Positions 1-34,704 of a stretch of DNA of 64,000 nt are shown one piece after another; within the stretch, counting starts at the first letter, position 1; the number at the start of each line of letters is the position of its first letter. Under the pieces are notes generated by a model. That model was not told where the DNA came from, did not search any database, and saw only the letters and a program-made list of their open reading frames with translations. The stretch is from contig CM022677.1 of assembly GCA_012295275.1 (NCBI GenBank), positions 19,716,001-19,780,000 of the forward strand, read 5' to 3'. The translations under genes were made by a program, and so were the position numbers. This DNA is from Chrysomallon squamiferum. Lineage: Eukaryota > Animalia > Mollusca.

Positions 1-797
1 TAGAGAGATAGTTAGTTTTATTAAATAAATATCAGTTTAATAAAAGAAAAGTTTTTTTTCTACTAAAAAGATATAGTTATTTCCCTTTCCAATCTTGGTT
101 CCACAGTGTAAGAAAAGCTATACAGCCTCTCAGAGTAGGTGTGTATAATTTGAAAATATGAAATCAATTACAATCCCCACTATTTCTTTTTACTCTACAT
201 ACTTATATAATGAAACGTGTGTGTGTCTGTGTACGTATGTATACATATACATATATATATATAAACACACACGCACAGACAGACACACACACATATAATT
301 TATTCATTTATTTATTTATTTATTTATTTACTTATTTATTTATTATATTTGCTACACATCCAGAATGCAGACACACTTATGTAGTCATATTGCTCTTAGA
401 AACAGTTTGAAAATCAACACATAGATAAGTGGAAGGATACCACAACTGCATACTGCTAGTGCGTCTCAAAGATGAAATAATATTTTTATTTATAAAATAT
501 GACACATTACTAATAAGATAATCGCCGTATTAGTAGATTCTAAATGTTTCGGAAAGTCTCTTTATTCTGATACTATCTGATACATAGTGAAAATTAAGTT
601 TTAATCAAGTACATTAGGTTTACACTGATACATAGTCAAACATTAGGTATACAGTTGATAATATAAATAAATTATATAATATTTTTCTTTAACAACTTAT
701 TATATACGCACGAAATACGAGAGGCAACCATTACCATATTTATACACTACTGCGTAATGTCCAAAATCATGACGTCACAATATTTGGACATACTTGT

Positions 798-993
<196 letters not shown>

Positions 994-1095
994 TCTTCTT
1001 CTTAGTTTCTGTCCTTGGTGATTATATTTTGTTGCTGCAGCTGTTGTTCCTGTTGTTGCAGCTGTTGCTTTTTGTGTTCCTGTTGTTAGTGTTAT

Positions 1096-1142
<47 letters not shown>

Positions 1143-1196
1143 TTTCACAGAAAGAAAAAAAGATAAATGAAACATATATAATATTTTATTTTCAAA

Positions 1197-2719
<1,523 letters not shown>

Positions 2720-3384
2720 GATTTTTATTTTAGCAGAAACAGCCTTCTGATCCTTTTTATTGAAAACGAAATCAAAAAGGTGAAAATGGACTAACGTCAT
2801 GTGTGTTTATTACGTGTGAACTCAGCTTTTGTTTGTAATGTAAAACCTTTTGTTTGTTGATGTTAAAAACTGTACGTGTGAGAAAGAGATATTAATCTCA
2901 TCTTTGAGTGTGTATATGCAGGGACTACAGGGGGGGTCGAGCCGGTCCATTTTGTGCTTTTGTAAATTATTGTTTCTGCACGATTTTATTAAAAATCAGA
3001 GAGAAAAAGGGCCAGAAAGGTATAGAGAAATCAGTTTTTAAATTTACAGTTAATTGTTTTTCAGTAACAACATACAGAGAGGCAAAATGATGAAGTTTTT
3101 TTTCCATGTGTTTGAAAACGTTTTCTAGGCAGGCTGTATTAAAAGTTATTTCAAATTAAATATTTGTTCTTTGAAATGTTCAGCCTCCCGTTGGCTCTAT
3201 TTATCAGTTGGAAGATTCTAGTGGAATTATCTACACTGGAAGTAAAAGTAACTTAAAAGACCTAAAAATGACTAAGAAAATAAATGAGAAATCTGATATA
3301 GTTCAGAATTTATCATTCAAAATCGTATAAGAAAAAAACAAACACCAGAGAACCAAACAAACAAATTATAATAATAATAATAAT

Positions 3385-3435
<51 letters not shown>

Positions 3436-3459
3436 TAATAATAATAATAATAATGATAC

Positions 3460-3526
3460 CTGCATATGCGATGACGGCGAAGAACATTTCAAGTATTTCG
3501 ATGGCAACGAACTGACAAGACAGTAC
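3460..3526 (-). pseudogene. Orphan copy of exon 2 (signal-peptide exon) of the secreted family at 38-64 kb
   Basis: 67-nt exon CAG|VLSCQFVAIEILEMFFAVIAYA(G)|GTATC. Length, phase and sequence pattern match exon 2 of paralogs A-D. No other exon of the family was found nearby. Confidence 0.75.
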
Positions 3527-3549
3527 CTGATGCCAAAATGTCAGATGGT

Positions 3550-3985
3550 TGCTGCAAAAGAAAGGCTCACGTGATGTTTCTGTAAAAGAAAGGCTCACGT
3601 GATTTAAAAGAAAGGCTGACGAGATATTGCTGTAAAAGAAAGGCTCACGTGATGTGCCTGTGAAAGAAAGGCTCACGTGATGTTTCTGTAAAAGAAAGGC
3701 TCACGTGATGTTTCAATGAAAGAGAGGGTCACGTGATGTTTCTGTGAAAGAGAGGGTAACGTGATGTTGCTTTAAAACAAAGGCTCACGTGGTGTTTCTT
3801 TAAAACAAAGGCTCACATGGTGTTTCTGTAAAAGAAAGGCTCACGTGATGTTTCAATGAAAGAGAGGGTCACGTGATGTTTCTGTGAAAGAGAGGGTAAC
3901 GTGATGTTTCTGTAAAACAAAGGCTCACGTGATGTTTCTGTAAATGAAAGGCTCACGTGATGTTGCTGTAAAAGTAAGGCTCACT
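3550..3985. repeat. 28-bp minisatellite containing the palindrome TCACGTGA (E-box)
   Basis: Unit AAAAGAAAGGCTCACGTGATGTTTCTGT, about 15 variably diverged copies. Confidence 0.9.
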
Positions 3986-4254
3986 TTTATCTCGTTTTAG
4001 TAAGACACGTGTAATTTTCAACAGCAAGCAGCTCCTCATTCTCGCTATCTTCAGTTTCTTCTCTCTCCATTGTATCAACTGTGTCTGCATTCGTTTAATT
4101 CAGCAGTGCTCCATGAATTTGGTGGAAATGTAGTTGCTGTCTTTTTCTACAACATTTGAAATTCTTTCATCCGAATCATTTCCGACGTTGCAGGTGTAGC
4201 AGTTGTTAAAGCAGCAGTGTCTAGACGCAGGACTACAGAGTAGACTGTCTTGGA

Positions 4255-4410
4255 GTTCGTGGTTGTAGTTTAGTATGTTTACACACTGGCTGTGAGATGT
4301 TGTAGTTTAGTATATTTACACAGTGGCTGTGAGGTGTTGTAGTTTAGTATGTTTACACAGTGGCTGTGAGATGTTGTAGATTAGTATGTTTGCACAGTGG
4401 GTGTGAGGTG
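4255..4410. repeat. ~37-bp minisatellite, 4 copies
   Basis: Unit TGTAGTTTAGTATGTTTACACAGTGGCTGTGAGATGT. Confidence 0.85.
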
Positions 4411-4589
4411 CATTTATACCAAAAATAAAGTTATCATGATATTTACAAAGGTGTTTTGGTGTTTTTTTTTCATTAAATTTATTAATTTATTTGTTTATTT
4501 GTTTATTTATTTATTTATTTATTTGTTTGTTTGTTTGTTTGTTTGTTTGTTTGTTTATTTATTTATTTGGGGTTTGTTGAAGAGTGTAT

Positions 4590-4787
4590 TTGTTTATGTT
4601 TGTTAATATTTGCAAGTGTTGGCCCTGTATCTATGTATTTCAGTATGTGTATGTTTTGTTTATGTTTGTTAATATTTGAAAGTGTTGGCCCTGTATCTAT
4701 GTATTTCAGTATGTGTATGTTTTGTTTATGTTTGTTAATATTTGAAAGTGTTGGCCCTGTATCTATGTATTTCAGTATGTCTATGTT
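4590..4787. repeat. 66-bp tandem repeat, 3 copies
   Basis: Unit TGTTTATGTTTGTTAATATTTGAAAGTGTTGGCCCTGTATCTATGTATTTCAGTATGTGTATGTTT. Confidence 0.85.
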
Positions 4788-5159
4788 TTTTTTTTTGTTT
4801 GTGAAACGAGGTGCGTGGATGTTTGTCAGTGTGCATGTGAATGCGTATTTGTTAATGTTTGGTGTAAATGTATGTTTCTTCGTATGTGTGTGTGTGTTTG
4901 TTCGTGTGTGTATATGAGTGTATGTATATGAGAGTGTAAGTGTGTGTTTGCTTTTGTATATATTTTATCTATATTTTAAAATCAGGAATGACAAATATAT
5001 CTCACACCAGCTGCATCTAACAACTACAAGTTCATATTACTTCGAAAACACAGAGTCTCCTACGTGGGCAGCAGCGACATAGATAAAACATGTGTTACAT
5101 TCATAACAGAGTAACGCCATATCATATTACATAGTTGTGTGTGAAGATATATTTAATAG

Positions 5160-5223
<64 letters not shown>

Positions 5224-5263
5224 TTTAAGTGAAATTATGAATATACACAGAGAGAGAGTAAGT

Positions 5264-5372
<109 letters not shown>

Positions 5373-5699
5373 CTCTCATAGAATAGCGAGATAGTTTTAT
5401 TAAATAAATAGCTCTTTAATAACAGCAAAGTTGTTTAAAAAAAAATAAATGAAAAAAAAAATAAATATATATTTATTTCCCATTCCAGACAGTGTTCCAC
5501 AATGGAACAAAAACCAGAGAGCCTCTCATCGTGGATGTGTTTAAACTCCTATGGACAGATTGCTCTTAGAGACTCTATGAAAAAAATTCACACATTCATA
5601 GGTCGAAGAATACTCTATGGTCTATTACTAGGGTTCTCAAACACATAATCATTATTATTTCACACAAAGAAATAAGATAAATGATATTTTATTTTCAAA

Positions 5700-6679
5700 T
5701 TAATCTTCACAGACGTTCGCTTTATGTTCACATATGAATCCAATCTTCACCGAACATGGTGCATCATTCCATCTGTAACCGAATGCGCCCCTCAACTGCT
5801 AACAGTTCTCTCCTCCTCCTGAATTATTGGGTTGGCCCGAATCCCAGTTTGTATAACTTAGATCTTCTGATTTATGGCCATTCCGTTTCCACTGGAAACG
5901 ACCTTCAACTTGCATATCACAAGACCCGACCCAGTAAACACCCACTGTTAAATAAATTGCGAAAATTTCAGTTTTGTTTCGTTCTTGGCTATTAATTTAA
6001 ATTAATATCTAGTGTATGTGTGTGTGGGTGTGTATATGTACGTGTGTGTGTGTGTGTGTGCGTGTGTGTGTGTGTTCTACAGATCTTCTTATTTATTTTT
6101 TTACGTTTTTATTTAATTATGTAATTATAAAATTCAGACTTACTTTCTGACTGTTTCACAACATGGTTACGAAGATATTCGTATTCTTTGTCAGAAGTGA
6201 TGACAGAAAGATAAGAGTTCATGCTTTCACAGTAGTTCTGAGAAAAATAACAACGACGACGACGTAGACTATAGTAATACTACTACTAGTTCTACTACCA
6301 CTACTACTACTAATAATAATAATTTTAATCATCATAATCATCAACAACTCCATCACTAGAAGCATACATATATTTTATTATTATTATTATTATTATATGA
6401 AATCGAGAGAGAGAGAGAGAGAATGAGAAAGAGAGAGATAGAATGAGAAAGAGAGAAAGAGAGACAGAGAGAATGAGAAAGAGAGCGAGAGAGAGAGAGA
6501 ATGAGAAAGAGAGAAAGAGAGACAGAGAGAATGAGAAAGAGAGCAAGAGTGAGAGAGAGCAGGTACAGAGTTATTAAAAAAGAAAACAGTACTCATTGCA
6601 TTTATTATTCAAAAAAGTTAATATAAAAATACATGCATTTTTATTAACTTAAATATATATTTTCACATATGTATATACG

Positions 6680-6758
<79 letters not shown>

Positions 6759-6879
6759 AGGTACAGAGTTATTAAAAAAGAAAACAGTACTCATTGCATT
6801 TATTATTCAAAAAAATTAATATAAAAATACATGCATTTTTATTAAGTTAAATATATATTTTCACATATGTATATACGAA

Positions 6880-6922
<43 letters not shown>

Positions 6923-7364
6923 CATCTTTGCGTCAATCCACGAAGCTGTCACTGATCTACAGGAAAACCAGTAGCAACTTCTGTTTCCATAACGAATAAA
7001 ATCAGATTGGTAGATTCCGGCATTTTAGTAAAAATATAAAGATTTCTCTCAAAATTTGTATTAAACGCACTCACATACACACGCGCCAACACAGACACTA
7101 ACACACACTTATATATATATAAATAATGAAAAATAAAACAAATACACAAAGAGAAAGTGATATTAATACCAATTCTATTTATACTACTGCACCGACTACC
7201 ATACTGATACTATTACTAATACTACTTTTACAGACGGTATGGCTACAACTACTACCACTACTTCTATTATAAAATATAGATCCTTTCAAAAAGTAAAAAT
7301 AAATTTACCTGCACACTACAAAACAGGAAAAAATGAAGACAAGAATAAAAACGAACGTTTTCAC
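5700..7364 (-). pseudogene. C-type lectin pseudogene, tandem duplicate of 1197-2719
   Basis: Homologous exons at 7364-7309, 7023-6926, 6237-6144 and 5944-5700. Lesions: ATG>GTG; frameshift and CAG>TAG in exon 1; exon 2 acceptor AG>AA and donor GT>AT; in-frame TAG at 5801-5799. It has QPN in place of QPD. Confidence 0.92.
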
Positions 7365-8059
7365 GATTTATATTTTAGCAGAAACAGCCTTCTGATCCTT
7401 TTTATTGAAAACCGAAATCAAGAAGGTGACAATTAATTAACGTCACATGTATGTATGTACGTGTAAGCACAGCTGTGGTTTGTAAGTTGAAACTGTTTTT
7501 AATTATAAAAACTGTACGAGTGAGTAAGAGATGATACATTCATCTGTGAGTGTTTATGTGTGTGGATCGGAAACAAATATTGGAGCGTAAACAGATTATT
7601 ATTACATCCTGTTTGGTGGTGTGAACAGATACTGTTACTTATTGTTTTTCTGATTCAGTAGATCAAATGTTTACAGTTATATTGATATATAGTCCATTAC
7701 GTTTTACTTTAGGTTAGGTAGAATTTTCATTAAAATTTCATGGAGTTATCGTGCGTTTAAAGGAAAAAATGAGAATTTATTGTGAGTATTTATTTTAATA
7801 AAGCTTGAAACAATAGAGCAAAATAAATGAAATTCCGAGAACATAAACTGGAAATACTTCGTTTTTCATGTTATCATAGTAAATATATTATAATTTTATT
7901 ACCATTTTTTTTTATTTTTGTTTTTTTCATTCTCTTTCCTCAGTTGTCATATACCTTCAATATGCTCGGATGCTATTTATTATTTTGTCTTTCCATTAGA
8001 GTTACTTCAGGTATTAGTATTATTATTGTTATTATTATCATCCGTAGGGTTAGTGCTTC

Positions 8060-8660
8060 GTGGAAGTGTGACGTCATAGGCTAGGCGTCATCTTCCAGAT
8101 GACGTACTTTACACATATCCGGTCCATTTTTCAATTAGCGTTTTTGTAAATTATATTTTCTTCAAGAGTTTATTAAAAATGAGAGACAAAAAAGGCCAGA
8201 AGAAAGCACCGCCTCCAAAAGGCAAGAAAGGTAAAAAAAAAAAAAAAAAAAAAAAAAAGTTAGTTTTTAAAATTACAGTAAACTGTTTGTTAGTAATAAC
8301 ATACAGAGAGGCAAAATGATCAAGTATTTTTCACGTATCTCAAAACGTTTTCTAGGCAGACTGTATCAAACGTTATTTCAAATTAAATATTTGTTCTATG
8401 CAGTGTTCAGCTTGCCGTTGTCTCTTATTATCAGTTGCTAGATTCTAGTGAAAATAACAACAGCAACCAAAGAACCAAACAAATAATAAAAATAATAATA
8501 ATAATAATAATAAAAAGCAACAACAACACCCCCACTGGAAAACAAAATCCCAGTTATATTTTTGATGACGTGTCCAACAGTTCCGAAAAAGTGCGAGTGA
8601 CGTAAGTGGAACTTCCGGAATACTTCGATCGTGTGAGAACTTTTGCTTTAGTAAGTAAGT
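8060..8660 (+). promoter_or_regulatory. Probable MYCBPAP promoter region, head-to-head with the lectin pseudogene
   Basis: CpG-richer segment with CRE/ATF motifs (TGACGTCA at 8069; TGACGT at ~8566 and ~8598) and an ETS-like ACTTCCGGAA at ~8611, just upstream of the first exons. Confidence 0.5.
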
Positions 8661-8860
8661 AAATAAATAAACAAAAACATATACACATTCAGACACATAA
8701 ATACACATAAAAAGTACAAACATCCACACGTACGTACGGAAATATATATATATATATACTTACGTACACAAAGACAATCACAGAAGGGAAAAATCTCTTC
8801 GTCTGTTTATTTGTCTTCATGGCCGAAAGGTAACATCGTCCGTCTTCGGAGTGCGGGCGA

Positions 8861-22477
<13,617 letters not shown>

Positions 22478-22546
22478 AATTAAGTTCCAGCCAAACTAAA
22501 TAAAATAAAATAAAATAAACAAATAAAAAAACAGATCCCAGCCAGA

Positions 22547-22578
<32 letters not shown>

Positions 22579-22677
22579 AACAAAATTCCAGCCAAACAAA
22601 ATAAAATAAAATAAAATAAAATAAATAAAATAAAATAAAATAAAACAAACAAATAAACAAACAAATCCCAGCCAACA

Positions 22678-22718
<41 letters not shown>

Positions 22719-22974
22719 CAATAATAAGTAAGTAAGTAAATAAATAAATAAATAAATAAATAAATATACCAGCAAACTATGAATAAAAGAACGAATGTGT
22801 TTGTGTGTGTGTGTGTGCGCGCGCACGCGCAGGCCTAGATTAAATTAAATATAAATATAGATAAATAGATTTAGATATATATTCAAACATGTAGATATGT
22901 ATAGAAAAAAATACAAATAAATAGCCACATAGATATAGATATACAAATAGTGATACTCATTAGATAGGTATAGA

Positions 22975-23091
<117 letters not shown>

Positions 23092-23781
23092 TAGAGTTAT
23101 ACAGAAACACTAAGTACAACAACTACAAATTATATTATACATATATTAAAGATTTTATTTTTTACGTAATTTTTATTTATATCTGTAAATCAATTACTAA
23201 CAACAACTCTTTACTTATGACCTACGTAGTATTTATTTATATCTATATATATATATAATTATCAACAATATTTGACATTTATGTCTACCTCTATTTTGAA
23301 CATGTGTTCACATGTCTTGTTATATTTAAATACATTTTCAAAGTCTACTCCAGTTTTTGTAATGACACGGCTTGTTTTCGATTTTCGAATGGAATTTATA
23401 TATCAGACTTTTTTTCCTTGTATATCTGAACGATTTACTGCAGGTTTTTTCAAAAACTTTTATGTGTACATATATGAATATATATTTATGAATATGTGTG
23501 TGTGTGTGTGTGTGTGTATGTGTGTGTATGTGTGTGTTTGTTTACATTTAGCAATAAACATTCAATCTTTTTGAGTGTATTTAATAAAAGTTAAATAAAT
23601 TTTGTACGCTCCAAACGTACTGTATTCTTCTTAATTTTTCTTTTATATCTTACCTACTGTGACGTGAACAAAACTTAATGATATCCATTGTATAAAAAAT
23701 AAACCATCTGAGAATTTTTTAATATTCAAAGATTTGTTATTATGCTGTGTTATGCAACCTAGCATCGCTAAAATATGAGAA

Positions 23782-24205
23782 TGCTGTTGATTCAAGAATT
23801 CACGTACAGATTAGGGACGAGGGAAAAATTGGGAAAAACTCTGGGAAATCGCGAATGTAAATATTAACCCTAACGTTTTCCCGAACATTAAAAGTTTAGT
23901 ACCCTTACCAGTTATATAATTACCAGTAATTTAATTATGTAAGATTAATATACAGAGGTTAAACACTATTTAAACAAATGTCGTTGGAGTAAAGGTGAAT
24001 AGGAATGCAGGGAAGGCTGGGGGTGGGGAATCTGGTTAGGTCAGCATGGTTTAGGGTACGGTTTTGAAGTCTATTCTTACCTTGATGGGAAGTGGGTTGA
24101 GAAAGAGAGGGTTGCCGTGATCGTATAGCGGACTCGATTGAGAAATGATGATGGTAAGTTCAAATTTCGCGATTTTACCAGATTTGGTCCAGATTTTCCA
24201 GAAAT

Positions 24206-24213
<8 letters not shown>
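23782..24213. mobile_element. MITE-like non-autonomous element with terminal inverted repeats
   Basis: Ends are TGCTGTTGATT (23782) and AATCAACAGCA (24203-24213), with subterminal inverted AAATCGCGAA/TTCGCGATTT. Partial copies occur at ~50380-50460 and ~55850-55925. Confidence 0.6.
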
Positions 24214-24271
<58 letters not shown>

Positions 24272-24418
24272 AACCGTAAACTAGTCCTTTAATTAAATTA
24301 ATTGAAATAGTAGGTTATCTCCCCTCGCCGAACTGAAGATGACAGCATCTTACTTTCTTAGTCATAAATAATAATAATAATAGTAGTAGTAGTAGTTGTA
24401 GTAGTATTAGTAGTAGCA

Positions 24419-24468
<50 letters not shown>

Positions 24469-24706
24469 CTTGGTACCAGAAACGTACGAAAAAGCACGAT
24501 GTTTAACGAAAGTAGACGGATATAGTCGACGTGAGCTCTCAGTGTAAACAATAATGATTTGTAGTCCAGTTTTGTTACACTGGCTATTTACAAGTGGAAC
24601 ATGATATATAACCCAACTGAAACAAAATAAAGATAAGAAGTTTATTGTCTAGATAAGAAGGAAATTCTCAGTGTGTATCTTTTTGTTTGTGTGTGTGTGT
24701 GTGTGT

Positions 24707-24784
<78 letters not shown>

Positions 24785-25278
24785 ATGTTGTTGTTGTCAT
24801 TGTTATTACACAACCACACATTACACAGAGAAAAGTGATGTAACTGATACAAAAAAACGCTCTATTCAGTTGAAAACAAGTTACACATTACTGACATTTT
24901 TAAAGTATCCTCTTACTAGCGCATATCGTGACTGAAACCATCAGCTGCAAAAAACCCACACCATCCAGAGCCTCCAATGTCGTTGTTGCTGTTGCTGTTA
25001 TCGTCGATGTTGTTATCGCTATACTGTTTTTGCCGGCTATTATTTTCATGATTATTGTCGTCATCATCAACAAACAACAGCAAAAACAACTCGGTAAAGC
25101 TAACTTAATCTGCGCAGCCAACCCACCCCCCACCTAGTGACCCTCCACCCTCACCCCACCCCCTAGATAGTCATGACAGCTGTAAGTACTGACCCCGAAA
25201 TCTAAGTTTACCTTGGTTATTTCGCACCTGCCTTCACCTGATCTCACCTGATTTTTACCTGTATCTTGCTTGTCGACA

Positions 25279-31712
<6,434 letters not shown>

Positions 31713-31721
31713 ACCCGATAG

Positions 31722-31990
31722 TATATTGGGTTGTCCCAAATGTAAATTGTCCTGTCCTGAATGCACATTCGATTATCCCGAGTTAAAATTGTCCTGTCCT
31801 GAATGCATATTCGGTTATCTTTAGCGCTAATTGTCTTATCTTCAATGAATTCATATTTTGTTATCCTAACTGCATACTGGGGTTATCCTGATTGTATATT
31901 GTCTTGTCCCGAATACAAATTTTGTTGTCCCAAATGCATGTTGGGTTATCCTGGATATATGCTGGGTTATCCTGAATGCAAATTGCATGA
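31722..31990. repeat. Degenerate ~21-bp minisatellite just 3' of the EF-hand gene stop codon
   Basis: Variants of TTGGGTTATCCTGAATGCATA. Confidence 0.7.
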
Positions 31991-33074
31991 TTTTGAATAT
32001 ATAAGTCATCGAAAATTGCTTTTGTTTTATACCATTTTAAATAATTTACAGAAGCCGACTTCTTTTTCTACGTTCATTGCGATTTAAAATGTTTAACCTT
32101 TTTCAAAGAAACTACCGAAATCTTCCGAAATCTTCCGAATGACAGCGGAATTGACCGAATGCTATTTCTTCGTTCATTAATAATGAAAATTTTGAATCAC
32201 TGATCGTATGAAGGTACTAATGGAAAGTGTGTGTGTGTGTGTGTGTGTGTCGATTCTATAAATAAATATCTTACTAAAATAATCATGTAGTACTCACCTC
32301 TCTTACAGTTATATTAGCGCTAGCGAACTCCATTTGAACTGAATATAGACACGGTGTTTGTAGATCTCGCTGATTCACGCATTAGACGAGATCTGAATTA
32401 AAAACTTTAAATGACACTGTAGTTGTAATGATGATATTTTTCTATCTATGTGAATATATATATATATATATATTTTTTTTTTGTTTCTGTATTTTTGTTT
32501 GTAGAATTTTTTTTATATATATTAACATTATTTATATGAATAAAAATTTAACATATATTATTTTTTGTTTTTCTCGTTACTTCTTCATATTTCAGTATAC
32601 CATGTTGATTTGACATCATATTATTATTATCATAATCATGAATACCATTATTATCACGATCTTCATGATCATTTTTATTATTATTATTATCTCACATCAT
32701 CATCATCATCATGATCATCACCATCATCATCACCATGATCATCACCATCATCCGCTGTTATTAAAGACGTATGATAATTTTAAAAAAAGTGTACAATTAA
32801 AAAATATCTGGACATTTCTTTTTTTGTGTCTCAACTGAAGATGAGGCACCGATTTACAATAAAGTTTCTTCTGACGTCACAGAAAATACAGCGTTATGCT
32901 ATGACGTCACGACTCCATTAGTGAAGAGGAAAAGATGGCGGCGTTCAAATGTAAAAGTATTAGTAAACATTCGCGGTTTGAATGGGAGAGTAAAATGATT
33001 TAAATGAGTTACATAAAAGAAAAAAAAACAAATCGAAATTATTAAGCAATATTATTTATTGACTCTTCTGTAAG

Positions 33075-33153
<79 letters not shown>

Positions 33154-33613
33154 TATATTTTTTTCTTCAGATAAAAAAAAAATGAAAACTTTGCAAAAGT
33201 CACAAGCAATCAATAAAATTAAACCGGCCATATATTTAATAAATAATAATAATAATAAAAACAATAAATAAATAATAATTATAATAAACAAAAACAACAA
33301 ACACACAAATTTCAAAATAAGATAATTTTCAGTTATATAAAATATTCTCTTTCATTAAGATCTATGCTTATTTATTTATTTAATTTTATTATAGTATTAA
33401 TCTTATTTTTATTTTTATTTATTTATTGATTTACTTTTTGTTAGTATTATTGTTTAGCGTCTATTTATCAAAGTTTGGTGGATATCAAAGGAAATATAAA
33501 TTATTTTTAAAGAACACGGTCATGCGATATTTTAAGAGGTTCACCGGGATGAATCGAAATCTGAAAAAAAAAAAAAAAAAAAAAAAAATAAAAAAAAAAA
33601 CAGATAGATTATC

Positions 33614-33697
<84 letters not shown>

Positions 33698-33699
33698 AT

Positions 33700-33734
<35 letters not shown>

Positions 33735-34089
33735 CACATGCAATAAATAAATAAAATGTATAATAAATATAAATGAATATTTAAGTAAATAAAATAAATT
33801 ATATATATATATATGAGAATGAATATTTAAATAAATAAATAAAAAATAAGTAAGTAAGTAAGTAAATAAAAACCACATAGACAGATAGATAAATACTATA
33901 TATATATACACACATAATAAACATACATACATACATCCATACATACATACACACATACATGCATACAAACATACAAACATACAAACATACATACATACAT
34001 ACATACATACATACATACATACATACATACATACACAGATACACAGATAAGAAATCTTCATACATTTATCTCTCGTGTGTTCCCAGACA

Positions 34090-34673
34090 TCAGCCGTGTC
34101 TGGCTCGGTTCTGTAGAATCCTTGCGCGCCACCACGACAGATAGAAGTTAAAAAAGTAGTCCCGCAGTTTCCTGTAATCCTCCGCAGGCTTTCTCGTCAC
34201 CGGTCGGAAGATGCTCCGCCTTGTTGTAGTAGTAGTGCGTCTGTGCCAAAAAGGTGCTCTCGTTGTGGGCCGCGCGATTGTGGAAGGCAACCTCGTTCTG
34301 AATATGAAAGAGGATCTCGTAGTCTTTGGTCTGTAGACGGCTGGGGTTTTGGTTCGAGGACGCGACGAGCAAAACCCTGTGAAAGAAAAGTTTTTGTGTG
34401 AAGAGTAATTTGAACGAAGATGAATAATCTGATGACGTAATGATAATGTTAGTGACGTGTTTTCGTACGGAGTAACAAAGAAGCGATAGGAACAGTGACA
34501 ACAATAAAAAAAATAAAAAAATAAAAATAAAAAAATAAAAAAATAGAAAAAAAGACAGAAAAATAGAAACAAGAAGAAATAAATAAATGCAAACAAAAAT
34601 AAATCAAGAATAAATAAATAAATAGCAACAAAATATCCACAAAAGTGTCACTTCAGAAAGGTTAAATGATTAA

Positions 34674-34704
<31 letters not shown>

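Noticed and set aside
3550-3985. 28-bp and other regular repeats (33-bp, 55-bp) as CRISPR-like arrays
   Set aside because: The units are head-to-tail with no unique spacers, there are no cas genes, and the context is eukaryotic.
5799-5801. In-frame TAG in lectin copy 2 as a candidate for A-to-I recoding to Trp
   Set aside because: The same copy also lost its ATG and two splice sites and has a frameshift, so editing could not rescue it.
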